Origin: a virus
DNA length: 64,000 nucleotides
Virus record (IMG/VR): IMGVR_UViG_3300032073_000003
Location: 1-64,000 of that record
Direction: 5' to 3' (one strand)
Below are positions 49,589 to 59,856 of the stretch, one piece after another (the first letter of the stretch is position 1; the number at the start of each line of letters is the position of its first letter). The position numbers were made by a program, and so were the translations under genes. The notes beneath the pieces were generated by a model, which saw only the letters and a list, made by a program, of their open reading frames with translations, ran no database searches and was not told the DNA's origin.

Positions 49589-49876
49589 TTATTTATTTTT
49601 TTTTAATACACTATAATCACCTTTTATAGTTTTTTTAGGAAACTCTTTTTTTACCCATCTACCCGTGTTTCCATTCATTCTAACAAAATCATAACCGGGT
49701 CTCTTAATAGGATCATCTAGACTTCCTAAATGCTTTGTTGTTTTTGTTGTTTGTTTTGGAGGGTCAATTTCTCCACCTCGTCTTGCTTCTCTTGCTTCTC
49801 TAAAAAATTTTAATACTTTAGTAGCATCTGTCTTATTATTTTTCATAGTACGCTTCTTTTGTAAATTTTTGTTCAT
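49589..49876 (-). CDS. Small basic hypothetical protein (start may be 49846)
   Basis: ORF track; K/R-rich, contains RRGG; preceded by the TTTAGTATATT motif. Confidence 0.6.
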   Translation of the reverse strand: MNKNLQKKRTMKNNKTDATKVLKFFREAREARRGGEIDPPKQTTKTTKHLGSLDDPIKRPGYDFVRMNGNTGRWVKKEFPKKTIKGDYSVLKKNK

Positions 49877-49877
49877 A

Positions 49878-49892
49878 TATTAATATACTAAA
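49878..49892 (-). promoter_or_regulatory. TTTAGTATATTAATA motif copy
   Basis: Identical 15-mer to 20880-20894. Confidence 0.55.
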
Positions 49893-49898
49893 AAATCA

Positions 49899-49976
49899 TT
49901 AGCATTTCCATCTTCTCCTTGCTTTTCTCAAACGGCTGTTTGGATAAATACCTTTATTTATCTTTTTCTTAAGGAT
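49899..49976 (-). pseudogene. Start-less C-terminal remnant of a DUF6321-like small basic protein
   Basis: Frame reads ...KKINKGIYPNSRLRKARRRWKC-stop, matching the PNSR(L/I)RxARRRWKC end of this phage family. Bounded upstream by an in-frame TAA with no ATG; lies in the -1 frame relative to the 49958-50107 ORF. Confidence 0.5.
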
Positions 49977-50107
49977 TTAGCAGAAATAACTTTTTTTACA
50001 GGCCCATCACATCTACAACTATGTTTGCGAATAGCACCACCACTTATATATTTAGCACCACCACATTTCATCTTATTAGCACCTCCGTATTTCATATATG
50101 TTTTCAT
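49958..50107 (-). CDS. 49-aa basic micro-protein with three xxGGA repeats
   Basis: Not in the ORF track. Translates MKTYMKYGGANKMKCGGAKYISGGAIRKHSCRCDGPVKKVISAKSLRKR; A-rich leader. Confidence 0.7.
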   Translation of the reverse strand: MKTYMKYGGANKMKCGGAKYISGGAIRKHSCRCDGPVKKVISAKSLRKR

Positions 50108-50128
50108 AACTATTTATTTTTTAAATTT

Positions 50129-50161
50129 AAATAAAGACCCCCATTTTTTGGGAGCCTTTTT
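50129..50161 (-). terminator. Probable intrinsic terminator
   Basis: Minus strand GGCTCCCA-AAAAA-TGGGGGTC hairpin then TTTATTT, flanked by A/T tracts, downstream of the 338-aa gene. Confidence 0.55.
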
Positions 50162-50236
50162 AGTTGGTTTAACACATTCTTTTTTTAAACAGTTAATAGA
50201 TAAATATATTAAACTGTTACTTAAATTTTCTATCAT

Positions 50237-51253
50237 TTATAAATTCCAATATTTTTCACAAGCTTCAGTAAGATCATTTAAAACATCTTCATGAAGTGGA
50301 TTTTTTAAATGTTCAATGACATCAGATACATTTCTTCCAAGTAAATTTTGCGTTTTCATATGATAGATATAACCATCAGATTTAGGAGCAATATATTTAA
50401 AGAAACTAGAATCTCTAACTATTGATTTAATTTTTAAAGTTTCCATGTCAAGTTTAGTTGCTTCAATAAAAGATTTTGCAGCTCTTTCCTTATTAGACTC
50501 CGCACCATCTCCTGAAATATGTCTATCCATATTTTCATATATAACATCTCTAGGAGTAGATTTTTTATATTGAGCACTTTGAGTATCAACAACTTTAGCA
50601 ATATAAAATAACTTAGTACTATTTTTATCATATAATTTTTGTAATTCAGAGTAAGCTTTATTTCTAAGTTTTTTATACTCAGTTCTTACCATTACAGTTT
50701 CTTCTTCTTTATCTAAATAAAATTTTGGAGGAGTAGCTTGAGATCTTGCATCATCATAACTTTTTGCTATCATAGCAAATCCACCTGCTTCTATTGCATG
50801 TAGTTTAATCCTATCAAATGGTTTTTTAGGATTTAAATACAATGGTTCATTACCGCAAGAAATATCTATTTTATTCCAAAATTCTTTATTATCAGGTTTT
50901 AGTAAAGTAACTTTATTCCAAAAATCTTTATCTTCAGCATCAATAATATTTGATGCTAATTCTTTTTCTAATTCAGCAACTGATTCTCTAATCTGTCTCA
51001 CTCTAGCTTCCTTATCTTCAGAATTCATTGTTTTTATTTCTGGAGCAAATTCATTAAGTCCTGTTACATACCTAATTACTCCATTAATATCTAAACAAGC
51101 TAATTGTTCATTATGAGTTACCCCATCAAATAAACTCATACCATAGTCTTCTAATCCCATGTTTGTAGCTTGTTGATCAAAATACGGTCTTACTGCAATA
51201 GAAGTTTTTCTATTACTAGCCGTTTCTACCATTGTAAAGTGTTCTGTTTCCAT
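50237..51253 (-). CDS. Conserved crAss-like protein immediately downstream of MCP (function uncertain)
   Basis: 338-aa helical protein in the conserved slot after the major capsid gene. Confidence 0.6.
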   Translation of the reverse strand: METEHFTMVETASNRKTSIAVRPYFDQQATNMGLEDYGMSLFDGVTHNEQLACLDINGVIRYVTGLNEFAPEIKTMNSEDKEARVRQIRESVAELEKELASNIIDAEDKDFWNKVTLLKPDNKEFWNKIDISCGNEPLYLNPKKPFDRIKLHAIEAGGFAMIAKSYDDARSQATPPKFYLDKEEETVMVRTEYKKLRNKAYSELQKLYDKNSTKLFYIAKVVDTQSAQYKKSTPRDVIYENMDRHISGDGAESNKERAAKSFIEATKLDMETLKIKSIVRDSSFFKYIAPKSDGYIYHMKTQNLLGRNVSDVIEHLKNPLHEDVLNDLTEACEKYWNL

Positions 51254-51283
51254 TTTGTTGGTTTTTTATTATTTTTATTTATT

Positions 51284-51318
51284 AAAAAAAAAGGAGGAGT
51301 ACTTTACCCCTCCTTTTT
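51284..51318 (-). terminator. Rho-independent terminator after the major capsid gene
   Basis: Minus strand AAAAAGGAGGGGTA-AAG-TACTCCTCCTTTTTTTTT. Confidence 0.85.
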
Positions 51319-51339
51319 AGATTGTGCTATATTCTATTA

Positions 51340-52956
51340 TTAGAATGAACCTCCCGTTACTGGGTTTCTCATTACAATTTTAAGAACCTTAGTTGGATCT
51401 TTTACCCATATTGCAGGCATTGTTTGAGACATCATTACTCTGTATCCATTAAATTGTCCTGAAGACTGGAATCCTTGAGAACGTCCCATATAATCCATTG
51501 TACCATTTTGATACCACCATTTTAATTGATTATCCCAAGATAGTTTCAATAAGAAAATGTTATCATTAGTATTATCAGTAATATCAAAGATAATAAATGA
51601 ATAAGATGATAATGGGAATCCGTCAATAATAGGATTTTCAATATCATTTGTATGAACATTATCAAATGCTGGGTTTAATACAAACTTAACATTAGCTAAA
51701 AAAGGAATTACATATGAAGTGTAAGAGAATCCAAAGTTTAAATCCATTCCTTTACCAGTAATAGCACCGATATCAGCAGCTTGGATTACAAGACCTGAAG
51801 CAACAGCTTCTCTCTTAATAGCTTCATTTACCATTCTCATTCCTCCCATACCAGTTTGTACAATTAATGATCTGTTTGGATCTGGACCTTGAAATTCAAC
51901 TTTACCATTAAAGAAGTTATAAATTTCTCCACGGAATAATTCAAGAGTAAAGTTATTTTTGTTATATACTCTTTTAAATGAATTGTCTAATTGTCTCCAA
52001 AGACCAACTGATAATCTCATATCATCTGGACCATCTTGACGTAGTCTACCACCTTGACCCCACATTAAGTAAGATTCAATATCAGATGCAACTTTTGACA
52101 AGTGAGCTGATTCCATTGCAGTTAAAAAAGTTCTAGAAAGATCTCCATTATCAAAAGCTTTCTTTACTTTATCTTTACCCATTACCTTAACCATATCTTC
52201 TAAAGAAGAAACAGAAGGATCCATAGTTTCACCAAAATTTCTCCAGATTTCAGTTACAGGAACTGTACCATCTGCATTCATTCCTCCTTTGATCATAAGA
52301 TCAGCTCTAGAAGAAACAGAATAATGAACATGAGCTTCAGCACCACCTACATAGTTGTAGAATTCACGGAAACCAGTTCTTGTTGTAATATCAGAGAATC
52401 TTTCTCCATATTCACCTCTAGCAGAACCTTTACGGAATATTTTTGTACCGTTTTCAAGAAATTTAGCATCTAAAAATCTAAAGTTATCATTGTTTACTAG
52501 TTGAACAGTATAGATAAATCCATCTCCTACTGGAAGGATATCTTCATCTGTTACGTACATTTCAACTCCGTTATATTTGTCATAAGTGATAATATCACCA
52601 TGTCCAAACTCACGTCTGCTTAATTTAATACGAAATGTTGAACCATCTGTACCAAGTACAGCTGTAGGATCTTCAATATTTTCAATAATATAAGGAAGAT
52701 CATTGGTAGTTGGTGTTTGCCATTTATACTCTCCACGAGCATTATCTACCATAATTACGTTCTTTCCACCAAAGCTAGACATTTGATAAAGAGGCATTTC
52801 TACTTTCTGAGCCATTGCCCATAAGTCTACTGGACCTAAGTCCATTGGTTCTGCATCTTTTAACATGTTAACCAAGTGATAAGAATCTACGTGTGAACTT
52901 GCATTGTAAGCTGTATCCCGTAGAAAGATACCATTGTTTAAAACTGGAGTTGCCAT
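51340..52956 (-). CDS. Major capsid protein (HK97 fold, crAss-type)
   Basis: 538 aa after portal and scaffold; EYKWQ E-loop region, ESYLMWGQG and GLWRQL motifs; strong terminator downstream. Confidence 0.85.
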   Translation of the reverse strand: MATPVLNNGIFLRDTAYNASSHVDSYHLVNMLKDAEPMDLGPVDLWAMAQKVEMPLYQMSSFGGKNVIMVDNARGEYKWQTPTTNDLPYIIENIEDPTAVLGTDGSTFRIKLSRREFGHGDIITYDKYNGVEMYVTDEDILPVGDGFIYTVQLVNNDNFRFLDAKFLENGTKIFRKGSARGEYGERFSDITTRTGFREFYNYVGGAEAHVHYSVSSRADLMIKGGMNADGTVPVTEIWRNFGETMDPSVSSLEDMVKVMGKDKVKKAFDNGDLSRTFLTAMESAHLSKVASDIESYLMWGQGGRLRQDGPDDMRLSVGLWRQLDNSFKRVYNKNNFTLELFRGEIYNFFNGKVEFQGPDPNRSLIVQTGMGGMRMVNEAIKREAVASGLVIQAADIGAITGKGMDLNFGFSYTSYVIPFLANVKFVLNPAFDNVHTNDIENPIIDGFPLSSYSFIIFDITDNTNDNIFLLKLSWDNQLKWWYQNGTMDYMGRSQGFQSSGQFNGYRVMMSQTMPAIWVKDPTKVLKIVMRNPVTGGSF

Positions 52957-52984
52957 TGTTTATTTTGTTTTTATTTGTTACTAA

Positions 52985-54268
52985 TTAAAATCTCTTAAAC
53001 ATATTATTTTTAGAGATTGTTCTTTTATTTGTTTTACTAGATTTTCTAGTAGGAGTTGTTTTCTCATATTCATTACTTATAGAAGAAGAAGTTCTTTTTC
53101 TAGACTGTTCAGTTTTTAATTGTCTTACAGTTTTTTCTACAGCCTGTTTTCCTCCTTGATTTCTTACTTTAGTTTTATATCCATTTGGATCTGCTAATAA
53201 CCAAAGTGCTTCTGCAATAAGATCGTGTCTAGGTTCTACAAATTGATACTTTTCTAATAAATGACCTAACAAGTTTGTATTTTTACCAGATATAGAAGGA
53301 TAATTAGGTTGAACTAATCCTGAAAATAATAATCCTTGAACTTTTTTATCAAGTTTTAAACCTCCAATTGTACCATTAGCTAAAGTACTATAAACATTTT
53401 CTTGATATACTTTTGCTTGCTCTGCTTGTTGTTCTTTTTTATACTCTTGCTCTGCTAATTGTTTACCAATAATTTGCTCTTGCATAGCATCTAATTTAGG
53501 TTTAAATTGATTAGCTTTTTGCTCAAGTCTATCTAAATCTTTCCAATCAACAATTTCTTGTTCAACTTCTTCAGGAGTACCAAATCCTGTTGCATTTAAA
53601 TATTGTCTTGCAATTTCTGCTTGATCATATTCATTAGTTACATCAAGTTGTCTCATTTCTTCAACTTGTGCTAATGTTCTAAATAATCCTTTAAGATCAT
53701 TACCACCATCAGCAACATATTTAGCGGCTACTTGAAGTTCTTCTGGTAATGATTGAAAAAACTCTTGAGGTAAACTTTGTGCTACTTTGTTTTCTCTTTC
53801 TTGAAAATTTGCCTCAAACAACTCTCTAAAGTCTTTAGCAGAATATTCATCAATAGGTTTATCATCATCAAATGCAAACAAAGTACCTTCTTCAATCATT
53901 TTATAAGCTAGATCTACTAAGCCACTTTTATCAGTCTTACGTCTACCAGATTTAGATTCTTCATCTTCTTGTGAAGTAATTGCATCATCTAGTTCATCAA
54001 TAGTATCTTGAACTTCAGATTCAGTAATCACTGGTTTTACTTCTTCTTCCATTTCTGCTGTAGTAGTTTTTACTTCTTCAGCAGGATTGTCAATGAACGT
54101 AGTATCAACAGGCTTTTCAGTATCAAAGACTGTTTTCTTTTCTTCTTCTGGAAGCATTACACTTTCTGCACCTGGCATTCCAAAAATCTCATCAATATTT
54201 ACATCTACTTGTTCTACCGTTGTAGAATCTTGTATTGCCTCTTCTGACATTGTTTCGTTTTCATTCAT
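52985..54268 (-). CDS. Scaffolding-like acidic protein between portal and MCP
   Basis: Very acidic disordered N-terminus, helical core, basic C-terminal tail; conserved position in crAss-like phages. Confidence 0.65.
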   Translation of the reverse strand: MNENETMSEEAIQDSTTVEQVDVNIDEIFGMPGAESVMLPEEEKKTVFDTEKPVDTTFIDNPAEEVKTTTAEMEEEVKPVITESEVQDTIDELDDAITSQEDEESKSGRRKTDKSGLVDLAYKMIEEGTLFAFDDDKPIDEYSAKDFRELFEANFQERENKVAQSLPQEFFQSLPEELQVAAKYVADGGNDLKGLFRTLAQVEEMRQLDVTNEYDQAEIARQYLNATGFGTPEEVEQEIVDWKDLDRLEQKANQFKPKLDAMQEQIIGKQLAEQEYKKEQQAEQAKVYQENVYSTLANGTIGGLKLDKKVQGLLFSGLVQPNYPSISGKNTNLLGHLLEKYQFVEPRHDLIAEALWLLADPNGYKTKVRNQGGKQAVEKTVRQLKTEQSRKRTSSSISNEYEKTTPTRKSSKTNKRTISKNNMFKRF

Positions 54269-54288
54269 GTTGTTGGTTTTATATTATA

Positions 54289-54303
54289 CATTAATATACT
54301 AAA
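54289..54303 (-). promoter_or_regulatory. TTTAGTATATTAATG motif upstream of the scaffold-MCP genes
   Basis: Motif about 20 nt upstream of ATG 54268. Confidence 0.6.
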
Positions 54304-54380
54304 TAAATATTTATCTAGTACTACAATAAACTTCAAAAATTTAAAATATTTTAAAAAAAAACCGCAATATATAGCTAAGT

Positions 54381-57125
54381 CTAATTATTGTTTTTTGGTT
54401 TGACATCATATTTATTTTTATTCTCTTGTGCAATTTGTAATTGTTTATCTGCAATTTCTTTTTGAGTTTGTAGTTTTTCTCTTTCAAGTTGGTTTTTTTG
54501 AGATTGAATAACCATTCTATTAGACTCTTTATCTCTTTGAAGATTTGCCTGGTCTTCATATTGTTCACTATTTCTAATATCTTGCATAGCATCTTTAAAG
54601 TCAGATTCCATATTTTGATTAATATCTGATGCAGAACCATAACCAGCAGCTCTGATTTCTGCAACTAAGATATCTCTTTGTCTATCTTTTTCATTTTCAG
54701 CCATTTCACTATCAATCTTCATTTGTTCTATCTGCTGTTGTTGCTGTTGTTCTTGCTGCTGCATTTGCTGTTGTTGTTGCATTTGCTGCTGTTGTTGTTG
54801 CTGTTGTTTTTGTTCTGAATCTTTAAGTGCAAGGTTTAAAGAAGCTAATGAATCTGACTGAACAACTTTACCAAGATCATATATACTAGCACCTGTAGTA
54901 TTATTTTGAAGAGCCATTTGTTTTAGTTGCTCTAATACAGCTCTATGATTTGCATTTGTACTAATAGATATATTTAAATCTCTTAGTAAAAGATCTGTAC
55001 CATTTATTTCAAAATTTACTTTTTCATCTGCTGATGTTATATATGTAAGTCTTGCAGATGGTTTTGTAGAATTATAATATTGAGCTAAGTTAGTTCTCAT
55101 TTCGTGAACTCTAGGCATAAGATAATCACAATGTTGTATAAAGAACATTTCTGTTTGAGCATATGATGCTTGCATTGCTTGTTCTACACCAGTAGCTGTT
55201 GTTTGAGATAATTGTTGACCCATTCTTTGTGGATTAACCCCTATTACTTCATATGCTTGACCTTTAAAATAATTAGCTAATTGTATTCTACCCATTAATC
55301 TATTAGTCTGTTCTAAATCTAATTTTTGAAAATGATTAAAGTTTAATGCATTTTCTGTATTTGTAATAGAAGTATCTAAAGGAAGCATTTGAAAATTTTT
55401 CATTGCAACATATGCTTTAGCATAATTACCTTTACCCCAATCTTCTCCTAAAGAATGTCTTGGTAAACTATTTTGATCAAGCATAATTACTGTACCTAAT
55501 TCATCTACTAATATATCTGCAATTTGATTATTTACAATATTGTATCCAATTTGATATGGTTTCATTAAATCAATTAAAGCTGTAGACTTTGTATTTCTAT
55601 CTGAAAATACTGAACCTTCTATAGGTATTTTACATCCATATAAACTACTTTCACCTTTAAATTGAAATTTTAAAGGTCCCATATTATTTTTATTTATACC
55701 AATATAAATTGGAGCAAATCCTCCTGGATTATTCATACCCCAAAAAGATGGAATATTTGGTCCAATTTTTACACCACCCCAAGTTTCATTAATCCAAATC
55801 CAATCTATATGTTCACCAAATAATAAATTATTTTTATCTTTGTTTTTAAATAATCTATTATCATATATTGGTTTATCTGTTATTTTATAATCTTCAGATA
55901 TAATTTCATTTGTTACTTCTCCTTCTTCAGTAATTTTAGTTAAATGTCCTACTTTTCTTTGAGATTTCCAATATGTAGTTGTAACTCTTAATAAATATGC
56001 AGTACCTTCATCTTGATAATCTTCACTTTCACCTAAGATTTGAGTTACTATATCAGAACCATCTAATATATTACCACTCATAAAAGATGTATATTGTCTA
56101 TATGCAAGTGATGGCATATTAGTATTCCATTCATGAGATTTTGTAGCATCATAAAAAGAACCATCATTTTGCTGACCTCCAATGTTATATCCAGCAGATC
56201 TTATTGGATATACTGCCTCTAATGCTTCATGTTGTTCTTCTGTAAGTATATGACCATATTTATCTATTACATCTGATACTGTAAGCATATCAGTTTTACC
56301 AGCCCAATTAGAATCAGATATATATCTAATATCCGGAGACTTATGGTAAAATGTAAGTACTGGGTTCCATAATTCAACATCATAATCATCTTCCATCATG
56401 TGAAAGTGCCAAAATTCTCTATCTGTAATAAGCATGTCACGGAAAGCTCTTTCTTCCAATTCATCCATACGGAATCTTTCTACATCTACTTTATGTTGAT
56501 GATCGGCCCATTGTTCTATCATTGACCTATAATCTTTTTTAAAGAATTGTTCAATTTCAGGTAATGATTTTAAACTTTCAGGTTGTAATTGTTGTTGAGC
56601 TTCTTCTGAATTAGGGTCTAATCCTTGTTCAAGCATTGCCGCTAACATTTTAGTTGCAGCATCTGCCATTAAAGTTTGTTCTACTTGACCTTTTTTTTGC
56701 TCAAGCATTTCATTATAAGAATAATCATCAACAGCTCTGTAACTTAATCTAGAAGATCTTTTAGCAAATTCAGCAGTAAGTACATTAACAACATTAGGAA
56801 TAATTGGATAAAATTTTAGCTCTAATGCAGATTCATCTTCTTTAGTTAAAAGTTCTACTACATCTCTATATTCATTATCTTCTTCAATTATATAATCAGA
56901 TCTATCTATAATACCTTTTGCAAGTTTGTAGTTTTTCATTAACCTTCTTGCATTTCTTCTGATTTGTTTTAATCCTTGCCATTCTAACCAATCCATGTTC
57001 CATGCCGCCCATTCTTCATCTTTACTTTTTTTTGGTAAAAACTGTAAAGGTTGAGTAATACTACCCATTCTATTTTGCTTTACTTTAGCACCTTTTTTAA
57101 GTTGCATTGCATTAAGTACTTGCAT
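54381..57125 (-). CDS. Portal protein
   Basis: 914 aa directly after terminase; YPIIPNVVNVLTAE, IPIEG and LMKPYQIGYN motifs; C-terminal Q-rich coiled coil as in podovirus portals. Confidence 0.85.
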   Translation of the reverse strand: MQVLNAMQLKKGAKVKQNRMGSITQPLQFLPKKSKDEEWAAWNMDWLEWQGLKQIRRNARRLMKNYKLAKGIIDRSDYIIEEDNEYRDVVELLTKEDESALELKFYPIIPNVVNVLTAEFAKRSSRLSYRAVDDYSYNEMLEQKKGQVEQTLMADAATKMLAAMLEQGLDPNSEEAQQQLQPESLKSLPEIEQFFKKDYRSMIEQWADHQHKVDVERFRMDELEERAFRDMLITDREFWHFHMMEDDYDVELWNPVLTFYHKSPDIRYISDSNWAGKTDMLTVSDVIDKYGHILTEEQHEALEAVYPIRSAGYNIGGQQNDGSFYDATKSHEWNTNMPSLAYRQYTSFMSGNILDGSDIVTQILGESEDYQDEGTAYLLRVTTTYWKSQRKVGHLTKITEEGEVTNEIISEDYKITDKPIYDNRLFKNKDKNNLLFGEHIDWIWINETWGGVKIGPNIPSFWGMNNPGGFAPIYIGINKNNMGPLKFQFKGESSLYGCKIPIEGSVFSDRNTKSTALIDLMKPYQIGYNIVNNQIADILVDELGTVIMLDQNSLPRHSLGEDWGKGNYAKAYVAMKNFQMLPLDTSITNTENALNFNHFQKLDLEQTNRLMGRIQLANYFKGQAYEVIGVNPQRMGQQLSQTTATGVEQAMQASYAQTEMFFIQHCDYLMPRVHEMRTNLAQYYNSTKPSARLTYITSADEKVNFEINGTDLLLRDLNISISTNANHRAVLEQLKQMALQNNTTGASIYDLGKVVQSDSLASLNLALKDSEQKQQQQQQQQMQQQQQMQQQEQQQQQQIEQMKIDSEMAENEKDRQRDILVAEIRAAGYGSASDINQNMESDFKDAMQDIRNSEQYEDQANLQRDKESNRMVIQSQKNQLEREKLQTQKEIADKQLQIAQENKNKYDVKPKNNN
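54732..54813 (-). repeat. (CAA/CAG)n poly-glutamine tract in the portal C-terminus
   Basis: Encodes EQKQQQQQQQQMQQQQQMQQQEQQQQQQ. Confidence 0.9.
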
Positions 57126-57130
57126 AATTT

Positions 57131-59338
57131 TTATTTAATATTTTTAAATGCAGATCTTTTAGAAGACCTTCTTTTTATACTTCCTTTACCACCCATATGT
57201 CTAAAAGGACTCTTAGTTAATTTAAACAAATTTTCTGACTTTTGCAAGTTTTTAGCAGCCTCGTCTCTAACTGTTCTTTTGTTATACCCTCTATTAGAGT
57301 GTTGAATTTTCATAAAACCTACTAAAGCTGCAAATGATACTAATCTATCAGTGTTAACTCCTTCTGCATACTCTCTCATTTCTTTGATTAACATTGGATC
57401 AGGTATTCTTTCAATTCCATAAGTAGTTTTTACTACAGTACCATCAGGTTTAGTTTCTTGATCTAATTCTTCTTTAGTATATTCTATAGCATAACTAAGA
57501 AGGTGTCCTTTAAATAGTATTCCTGTATTTTTCCATCCATACTCCTGGAAAACGTTAGCATTAGAACCAAGATCTTTTAAAAACATAATCTGACCTTTTG
57601 GAACAAGATATCTTTGTTTTTTTCTATGTATCATGTATTGTATAAATAATGATATATTATTTTCAACTAATGCCCATGCATTATACCATTCTATAATTAA
57701 TTCTAATCGTTTATGTGTTTGATTTATATCATCATACCTACCACACCAAGCTGCAACAATCTTATCTTGTTCTATATATGTTTCAGTTTCTGTACCATTT
57801 ACATTAGTTACTTCAACAGGTGCTTTCATTATGTAAATAGAACATAAAGATTCTGAAGTAGTTGTTTTTCCTTCTGATACAGGGTCAATAGAAGCATAAT
57901 AAGTTTTAGCAAATACTGGATTTTTTATAGGTCTTTCCCATACTACAAGACACCCTGTTTTATCTTCTGTTTTTTTCTTAATTGGAAATTCTGTTATAGG
58001 ACGTTTATTACTTTTTTTTACGGCAGGTTTTCCATCAGCATCAGCAAAAATATCTAAAAACTCATAACCATATTCTTTTTCTTCTATTCTTCTTTCTTGT
58101 GCAGTAAGTAAATGAGGAGGGAATACAGATACAGTTCTATGTGCAAATGCTTCTTTAATATTTCTTGGATGTTGAGATATTCTTAATTGATAATCTTCTG
58201 GTGCTAATTCTTTTTTCCAATCTTCAAATTGTTTGTTTAATGCTTCAAATGCATCTTTAACTTTAGAATTACCATGATCATCAATATGAGGAGGCATTGA
58301 CCATTGTTCTGGAATAAAAAGTCCTGACAAACCTTCAGTACCTTTATCATCTATTAAATCTGTTTCTATTGCATATATGTCAGATGCTATAGGATTTTGA
58401 ATCATTTCTTTTAACGGATTACATTGAGACAAATCACCTACTGATCCAGCAGCTATAAACATACCAGTTGTAGTAAGACCCGATCTCATTGCAGGTCTCA
58501 TATACTCATATGTTTTATTCATTTTAGGTGCAATACCTGCTTCTTCATGAAAGAAGTATTTTACTGGACCACCTACACCATTTGTTGGATCTTTCTCAAA
58601 TGACATACCTTGTATAGTTCCTTTAAGACCAACTTCAGTTTTACGATCACCCTTTCTAACTTCAATTTTTTGTTGCCACATCATAACTTTATCTGGTGAC
58701 ATTGGTCTATACCAAGCAGTATGTTCATTTAAAAATGCAGAATATTCTTGTAAAAATTTCCAAGATCCTTTTTCATTTATATAATCTTTTAAACTAGCTC
58801 CTATTTTTAATGTAACACCTGGTTCAAACCATTGCTGATTTATTAATTTAGCCATATGATAATAGGATGATGCTATCTGACGTTTCTTTAATATAGCAAC
58901 ATGTTTATAATTTAATTCTGCTAATAATTCATATAATGCCATATGATATTGGGCATCTCTAATATCAGCAAAACCAAATTTTTGTATTTCTTTATTAAAA
59001 ATTGGTAAAAAATTTAACCACATGTAATATTCTCTTGCAAGAAACCAAATGTTATCTTTATCTTTTATAATAACACCTTTTCTACATTTAGCTTTTTCAT
59101 TGTCCCAATATTTTATAAAGTCACTGGATTTAAAGGGAGCTGTACAATATACTCCATCAGTTTCAAATTTTTTAGATTGTTCAATAAATATGTTACTTGT
59201 AAGTTCGTTGAATAAATATTCTCCAGGTTGTTTAAATATATTTTTGATAAACTCAGCGAAGTCTTCTCTGGATTCAAAACTGGTAACTGTCCATTTTTCG
59301 TTTTCATAAGTTGGTATGTTTTGATAAATTTCACTCAT
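57131..59338 (-). CDS. terL: Terminase large subunit
   Basis: Walker A-like KKRQIASSY, Walker B FFHEEAG, coupling motif AAGSVGD, RNase H-like SIDPVSEG / VENN / NTDRLVS. Confidence 0.92.
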   Translation of the reverse strand: MSEIYQNIPTYENEKWTVTSFESREDFAEFIKNIFKQPGEYLFNELTSNIFIEQSKKFETDGVYCTAPFKSSDFIKYWDNEKAKCRKGVIIKDKDNIWFLAREYYMWLNFLPIFNKEIQKFGFADIRDAQYHMALYELLAELNYKHVAILKKRQIASSYYHMAKLINQQWFEPGVTLKIGASLKDYINEKGSWKFLQEYSAFLNEHTAWYRPMSPDKVMMWQQKIEVRKGDRKTEVGLKGTIQGMSFEKDPTNGVGGPVKYFFHEEAGIAPKMNKTYEYMRPAMRSGLTTTGMFIAAGSVGDLSQCNPLKEMIQNPIASDIYAIETDLIDDKGTEGLSGLFIPEQWSMPPHIDDHGNSKVKDAFEALNKQFEDWKKELAPEDYQLRISQHPRNIKEAFAHRTVSVFPPHLLTAQERRIEEKEYGYEFLDIFADADGKPAVKKSNKRPITEFPIKKKTEDKTGCLVVWERPIKNPVFAKTYYASIDPVSEGKTTTSESLCSIYIMKAPVEVTNVNGTETETYIEQDKIVAAWCGRYDDINQTHKRLELIIEWYNAWALVENNISLFIQYMIHRKKQRYLVPKGQIMFLKDLGSNANVFQEYGWKNTGILFKGHLLSYAIEYTKEELDQETKPDGTVVKTTYGIERIPDPMLIKEMREYAEGVNTDRLVSFAALVGFMKIQHSNRGYNKRTVRDEAAKNLQKSENLFKLTKSPFRHMGGKGSIKRRSSKRSAFKNIK

Positions 59339-59856
59339 TATGAGTCATATGCTAATCCTAAACCTCCACGTACTCTTGATGATTGCTCATCTTGAAGATC
59401 TTTATAAGCTCCTTTAAATGACGATCTAATTGCTTCAAAGTCTTTTGCAACTGCACGTATTTGAGATATATTACCATCTCTACCATCTGTAATTTGAGTA
59501 TTTTCCATATACTTTGCTAATCTATCTAGCATAGTTGATATACCTTTATATGCTCTTGATGTTGGTGTCTCATACATTCTTTGACAAAATTGTAATGCTG
59601 TAAATATATCTTCATCTTCAGTAGAGAACTCTACATTAAGTTGATCTAATATTAAACTCTCTTTATCCATTTCTGGAGTAAAGAAAAAAGGATTAAGATC
59701 AGGATTTGGACAACACATGTAAAATAAATACTGATATATTTTTAAATATTCTTCAGGATAATTATCCATTATATCTTTTAAAGCTTTTAAAGTAAAGCAA
59801 TGTTCTGTAGGTATTACAGTTCCGTTTTTCACATCAAATAGTCTAGTTAAAATCAT
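59338..59856 (-). CDS. Conserved helical protein upstream of terminase (possible small terminase subunit)
   Basis: 172 aa, abuts terL, C-terminal coiled coil and VRGG tail. Assignment is positional only. Confidence 0.45.
   Translation of the reverse strand: MILTRLFDVKNGTVIPTEHCFTLKALKDIMDNYPEEYLKIYQYLFYMCCPNPDLNPFFFTPEMDKESLILDQLNVEFSTEDEDIFTALQFCQRMYETPTSRAYKGISTMLDRLAKYMENTQITDGRDGNISQIRAVAKDFEAIRSSFKGAYKDLQDEQSSRVRGGLGLAYDS

Noticed and set aside
54341-54664. 107-aa alternative-frame ORF over the portal 3' end, and similar nested minus-strand ORFs (16847-17035, 34964-35149, 35447-35629, 50434-50631, 59113-59334, 62529-62714)
   Set aside because: They are nested in longer conserved genes, lack recognisable motifs or leaders, and are expected by chance.
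57131-59338. Intein or intron in terminase, portal or capsid genes
   Set aside because: Lengths and motif spacing look normal, with no C/S...HN intein ends or LAGLIDADG/HNH insert recognised.
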